A stretch of 64,000 nucleotides of DNA from Spirochaetia bacterium (lineage in GTDB: Bacteria; Spirochaetota; Spirochaetia; DSM-2461), in the NCBI GenBank assembly GCA_963666985.2, contig CAXXIA010000001.1:1152001-1216000 (forward strand), read 5' to 3'. The number at the start of each line of letters is the position of its first letter. Positions within the stretch are counted from its first letter, which is position 1. Below are positions 59,574 through 64,000 of this stretch, piece after piece. Position numbers and translations under genes: made by a program. The notes under the pieces were generated by a model, which had not been told where the DNA came from, ran no database searches, and saw only the letters and a program-made list of their open reading frames with translations.

Positions 59574-59717
59574 TGAATCCGTTATAGAGATAAACGCCGG
59601 ACAAAAGTTTCTTGAAACGATTTTTTTATTCAGAACTCAAAATTCAATATTTTTTTCTGAAATATATTGATGCGGCCGGAATAGTCAATTCATGATTTCC
59701 GCTTTTAAATGCCTCTA

Positions 59718-59771
59718 TTGACTTAAATAAAGATGTTCGTAAAATAAAAATAAATCATACAATTTTTGTAT
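59718..59771 (+). promoter_or_regulatory. Sigma70-like promoter with downstream palindrome ATACAA-N3-TTGTAT
   Basis: TTGACT-N16-TAAAAT at 59718-59745; palindrome at 59757-59771. Confidence 0.5.
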
Positions 59772-59840
59772 CCGGTAATTTAATACTGAACCTCATTTAT
59801 ACATATCCAGCTATATTAAAATAAATGAACGGAGCACTGA

Positions 59841-60320
59841 GTGAGCAACAAAAACGCAGAAGAAAACACTGTCATAATGGCGCAGGTTATGAATCCGCAA
59901 GACGCCAACCCGGCCGGTAATGTCCATGGAGGCGTGATAATAAAACTGATTGATACCGCGGCCGGAGCTGTGGCAAGACGTCACGCCAGATCCAATGTCG
60001 TTACCGCTTCAATTGATCGACTTGATTTTCATAAGCCCGTATATATCGGAGATATGGTAACGTGCAAGGCGAGCCTTAATTACACCGGCCGCACATCAAT
60101 GGAAATCGGCGTACGGGTAGAAGCGGAAACTTTTAAAACAGGTGAAATCCGGCACGCCGTATCCGCCTATCTGACATTTGTTTCTCTTGATGAGAATGGA
60201 AACCCACAGGAAATCCCTCAGCTTATTGTCAATACGGAACAATTAAAAAGACGTAACAAGGAAGCCATTCTGCGGCGCGAAATGAGAATACAAGAGCGAA
60301 AACGAGAAAGAAACGATTAA
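59841..60320 (+). CDS. Acyl-CoA thioesterase (hotdog fold, YciA-like)
   Basis: DANPAGNVHGG, VVTASID, GRTSMEIGVRVEAE, AYLTFVSLD. Confidence 0.92.
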   Translation: MSNKNAEENTVIMAQVMNPQDANPAGNVHGGVIIKLIDTAAGAVARRHARSNVVTASIDRLDFHKPVYIGDMVTCKASLNYTGRTSMEIGVRVEAETFKTGEIRHAVSAYLTFVSLDENGNPQEIPQLIVNTEQLKRRNKEAILRREMRIQERKRERND

Positions 60321-60386
60321 TTGACAAACTGATCCTACAAAGTATCTTCATTAACCGAATGGGAAGAGAACCTGGATGATGAAAAA

Positions 60387-62321
60387 CTATTCTTCTTCCT
60401 TCTTCTCCAGAGTTTTCAAACTGACGAACCTGGCCGATGTGAATTCCTTGGGCTTCAAACGCACGCCCCTGGCTTTTACTCCCTTGATAAGATAATCGCT
60501 TACCGGAAACTGATCGGTGCCCTTTAGAAGGCTCTTCTGCTTGAAATCCACCACGGCGGACACGTCTTCCTTGGTGGTCAGGCGGATCATCTGCCCCTCT
60601 TCCGGAACCACGGAATAAGAACGGTTCAAAATGTACTGGGTAATCCTGCAGCGTTTGATATAGGGAAATTGATTTTCCGTGTTACGGTACACCAGGGAGA
60701 AAACAACCTCTTCGCAGGTTTCTTTATCCGCCAAACCCGCGTAAAGCATGCCCTTGTCCACGAAGAGTTTATCCGGAATATCCGTAACGAAATACGTTCC
60801 GTCTTTCTTCATACAAAGAACACGATCGTAAACGGACGCGTCGAAGAGCACCCTGCCTCCGGAAACCTCGTAACCGAGATAACCCGTTTCGGGATTGTAC
60901 TTCAGCTTCAGATTCTTCCGGGCCGCGTCCCGAACATCCACTTTGCGCAGAGATACGATTTCGCTCCGGCGGGGATAGATGTCTCTGTGCTTATCCAGAA
61001 CGCCCTTCAAAAAATCAAGGGCGTACTCGGTCAGATGCTTCAGATGATATTCCACCTCGGCCAGCCGGTCCTGAAGCTGCCGTATTTCATCTTCCATCCG
61101 CTGAATGTCGAATTGGGAAATACGTCTGATGGGGATTTTCAGCAGCCGCTCCACATCTTCATCGGTTACATCGCGGGTGATTTCTTCTTTAAAAGGATCG
61201 AAGCCTTTATGAACCGCTCTGAAGATGCCTTCGACCGTCTTGATCGGCTCAATGCGCTTATAGATTTTCTCGACGATGAAAATTTTCTCCAGGGTTCGGG
61301 CATGGATTTTATCCAAAAGCTGTCCTTTTTCGAGAAGGAGTTCCTTTTCCAAAAGAACCACAAGCCGCCGCGCATGGTGTTCGATAACTTCGGGAACCCT
61401 CATCACCACGGGTTTGTCGTCGGTAATCATCAGCATGTTCACCGCGATACTCACCTCGCAGTCGGTGAACGCGTACAGCCCGTCCAAAACGTCCTTTGTA
61501 TGCACGCCTCGGGGAAGAGCGATTTCAATCTCCACCTTTTCGGTGGTGTAGTCGGTGATTCCGCCGATTTTGATTTTATTCGACCGGGCGGCCGCCTCGA
61601 TGGAGGCGATAAGATTTTCCGTAGTCACACCGTAGGGAAGTTCCCGAATAACAATGCGTTTGGGATCGGAAGAATCAAGACGCACCCGGCTGAGAACCTT
61701 TCCGTTACCCTCGTCATAATTGGATACATCGAGGATTCCGCCCGAAGGCATGTCCGGATAAAGTTCGAATTCCTCGCCGCGCAGGCAAGCCTGTTCGGCT
61801 TCCAGAACCTCGACAAAGTTATGCGGAAGCATTTTGGTGGACATTCCCACCGCGATGCCTTCGGCGCCCAAAATCAGAGGCAGGGGGATTTTCGCCGGAA
61901 GCGTAACCGGTTCTTTTCGCCGGCCGTCGTAAGAATCCACGAATTCCGTGATTTCCGGCCCGAAAAGAACCTCTTTGGCCAAGGGCAGAAGACGGCATTC
62001 GATATACCTTGCGGCCGATGCCGGATCGCCTGTCAGCAGGTTGCCGAAGTTTCCCTGTTTATCGATGAACAAATCTTTATTTGCGAGATTTACGAGAGCC
62101 TCATAAATGGAAGCATCGCCATGGGGATGGTACTGCATGGCATGTCCCACGACATTGGCGACTTTATGGAATTTCCCATCATCCACGTCAAACAGGGACT
62201 GCAGAATGCGCCTCTGAACGGGTTTGAGGCCGTCATCCAAATGCGGAATGGCGCGTTCCTTGATAACGTATGAAGCATATTCGAGAAAATTCTCGTTGAA
62301 GAGTTTTGTTACGTAAGCCAT
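60387..62321 (-). CDS. parC: DNA topoisomerase IV subunit A
   Basis: DGLKPVQRRIL, YHPHGDASI, SAARYIE, GIAVGMST; short C-terminus. Confidence 0.9.
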   Translation of the reverse strand: MAYVTKLFNENFLEYASYVIKERAIPHLDDGLKPVQRRILQSLFDVDDGKFHKVANVVGHAMQYHPHGDASIYEALVNLANKDLFIDKQGNFGNLLTGDPASAARYIECRLLPLAKEVLFGPEITEFVDSYDGRRKEPVTLPAKIPLPLILGAEGIAVGMSTKMLPHNFVEVLEAEQACLRGEEFELYPDMPSGGILDVSNYDEGNGKVLSRVRLDSSDPKRIVIRELPYGVTTENLIASIEAAARSNKIKIGGITDYTTEKVEIEIALPRGVHTKDVLDGLYAFTDCEVSIAVNMLMITDDKPVVMRVPEVIEHHARRLVVLLEKELLLEKGQLLDKIHARTLEKIFIVEKIYKRIEPIKTVEGIFRAVHKGFDPFKEEITRDVTDEDVERLLKIPIRRISQFDIQRMEDEIRQLQDRLAEVEYHLKHLTEYALDFLKGVLDKHRDIYPRRSEIVSLRKVDVRDAARKNLKLKYNPETGYLGYEVSGGRVLFDASVYDRVLCMKKDGTYFVTDIPDKLFVDKGMLYAGLADKETCEEVVFSLVYRNTENQFPYIKRCRITQYILNRSYSVVPEEGQMIRLTTKEDVSAVVDFKQKSLLKGTDQFPVSDYLIKGVKARGVRLKPKEFTSARFVSLKTLEKKEEE

Positions 62322-64000
62322 TTAAATCAAGTTCTCCATAATGAATTCACGCCGCTGGGGCGTATTCTTCCCCATGAAAAACGCCAGTGTTTCGGGAACT
62401 TTCTTCATGGAATCGATTCCCACGGGAACCAGACGAATATTTTCGCCGATGAACTGGCCGAACTCATTAGGACTGATTTCCCCCAGTCCCTTAAACCGGG
62501 TTACCTCCGGCCCTCTTATCGACGCCATGGCAGAATCACGTTCCCTCTCGGAATAACAGTAGCGGGTTTCTTTTTTGTTGCGTACGCGGAAAAGAGGAGT
62601 TTCAAGGATATAGATATGACCGCCGACGACCAGTTCTTCAAAGTAATTCAAAAAGAAGGTAAGGATGAGATTCCTGATATGGAATCCGTCTGTATCCGCA
62701 TCGGTTGCGATGACGATGCGTTCGTAGCGCAAATTCTCGATATCGTTTTCAATTCCCAGAGCCATCATCAAATTGAAAAGTTCTTCATTCTTATAGATGG
62801 CGGTTCGTCCCTTGCCGTAGCTGTTCCAGGGTTTGCCCCGTAACGAATAGATCGCTTGGGTATACACGTCGCGGCAGCTCACCATCGAACCGGTGGCCGA
62901 TTGTCCCTCGGTAATGAAAATCGTCGATTCATCCCCCCTTTTATCGCCCCGGTGGAATTTACAGTCCTTGAGTTTGGGAATGTTGAGGGATATTTTCTTC
63001 GCCGCCGCCTTGGCTTCCTTTTTTACCGCGGCCAATTCCTTCCGCAGCTTTTCATTGTTGATTATTTTGTTTTCCAAGTCCTTGGCGGTTTCGGGATTTT
63101 TATGCAGAAAATCGATGACCGCGGCCTTAACCTCGTTGATAATCCAGCTGCGGACTTCGGTGTTACCGAGCTTGTTCTTGGTTTGACTCTCGAACACCGG
63201 ATCTTTCACCTTCACGGCTATGGCTCCGGCAATTCCTTCCCGCACATCGGTACCCGAATAATTTTTCTTTGCAAACTCGTTCACGCCCTTGAGCAGTCCT
63301 TCACGGAAGGCGCTCAGATGCGTTCCTCCGTCGGAGGTGAACTGTCCGTTCACAAAGGAAAAATGAGTCTCGCCGTACGCGCTTGTATGGGTGAACGCAA
63401 TCTCCATTTTATCGGCCGCATGGTAAACGATGGGATAGAGCACTTCATCGCCGACTTCCCGTTCCAGCAGATCATGCAGACCTTTTTTAGACTCGAATTT
63501 CGTACCGTTATAGTAGAGTTTCAAATTCCGATTCAAACAGGCGTAATTCCACATCCGCCGTTCGATGAATTCATCGTCAAAGGCGTAATCCGGAAAGATC
63601 TCCCTATCGGGGGTAAATTCCACGTAAGTTCCGTCCGAATGCCCCTCGCAGCCCCCCTTACGCTCCTTCAGCAGTTTGCCTCGTTCGAAAAAAGCTTCCC
63701 TGTAGCGGCCTTCGCGATAAGAACGGATAAGGAAATGGCTGGAAAGGGCGTTTACGGCCTTGGTACCCACGCCGTTAAGGCCTACCGAAAACTGAAACAC
63801 GTCATCGTTGTATTTCGCGCCCGTGTTGATGACGCTGACGCACTCCACAAGCTTCCCGTGAGGAATCCCACGGCCGAAATCCCGAACCGATACGGTTCCG
63901 TCTTTATGCTTGATTTCTATCTTCTTGCCGAATCCCATGATGAATTCGTCGATGGCATTGTCCACCACTTCCTTCATCAGGATATAAATGCCGTCTTCCG
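62322..64000 (-). CDS. parE: DNA topoisomerase IV subunit B (5' end outside the window)
   Basis: EVVDNAIDE, GLNGVG, FESQTK, ITEGQSA, LRGKP, ATDADTDG, RFKGLGE. Confidence 0.9.
   Translation of the reverse strand, partial: EDGIYILMKEVVDNAIDEFIMGFGKKIEIKHKDGTVSVRDFGRGIPHGKLVECVSVINTGAKYNDDVFQFSVGLNGVGTKAVNALSSHFLIRSYREGRYREAFFERGKLLKERKGGCEGHSDGTYVEFTPDREIFPDYAFDDEFIERRMWNYACLNRNLKLYYNGTKFESKKGLHDLLEREVGDEVLYPIVYHAADKMEIAFTHTSAYGETHFSFVNGQFTSDGGTHLSAFREGLLKGVNEFAKKNYSGTDVREGIAGAIAVKVKDPVFESQTKNKLGNTEVRSWIINEVKAAVIDFLHKNPETAKDLENKIINNEKLRKELAAVKKEAKAAAKKISLNIPKLKDCKFHRGDKRGDESTIFITEGQSATGSMVSCRDVYTQAIYSLRGKPWNSYGKGRTAIYKNEELFNLMMALGIENDIENLRYERIVIATDADTDGFHIRNLILTFFLNYFEELVVGGHIYILETPLFRVRNKKETRYCYSERERDSAMASIRGPEVTRFKGLGEISPNEFGQFIGENIRLVPVGIDSMKKVPETLAFFMGKNTPQRREFIMENLI

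Noticed and set aside
60669..62273. 534-aa + strand ORF
   Set aside because: Antisense shadow of parC.
1..64000. CRISPR array, rRNA, tRNA, prophage or integrase
   Set aside because: No regularly spaced repeats, RNA gene signatures or phage/integrase motifs seen by eye; tRNAscan-SE and Infernal were not run.

Overview
A 64-kb chromosomal window from a spirochaete (order Spirochaetales, inferred from cfpA and the Borrelia-order mevalonate operon). It is mostly housekeeping: nrpR (partial), thiI, hisF/hisH, ileS, an APS-reductase-type cysH with an N-terminal CxxC domain, aminopeptidase P, a six-gene mevalonate operon, djlA, a class III nucleotide cyclase, a MinD/FlhG-like ATPase, the cfpA operon, folP-cdaA-cdaR-acpS-DUF2225-truA-UDG-priA, def-fmt-PASTA, an acyl-CoA ligase, a STAS pair, alkaline phosphatase and parE/parC. 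Accessory DNA includes an IS1182 element, two copies of a ~108-bp MITE-like repeat, and an AT-rich block (FIST chemoreceptor plus thioesterase) bounded by a decayed duplicate of parC. The strongest candidate for an undescribed system is the cfpA operon. Its 'PPDK' has lost the ATP-grasp catalytic residues but keeps the phospho-His and the PEP site, and the middle gene ends in an HPr-like domain with the conserved His, suggesting a PTS-like PEP-driven phosphorelay tied to the cytoplasmic filament. A second candidate is a ~90-nt sigma28-type small RNA upstream of the mevalonate operon. Five single-base indels cluster at 33.8-37.2 kb and are probably consensus errors. No rRNA, tRNA or CRISPR array was seen. 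All family assignments come from motif recognition by eye, not database searches.
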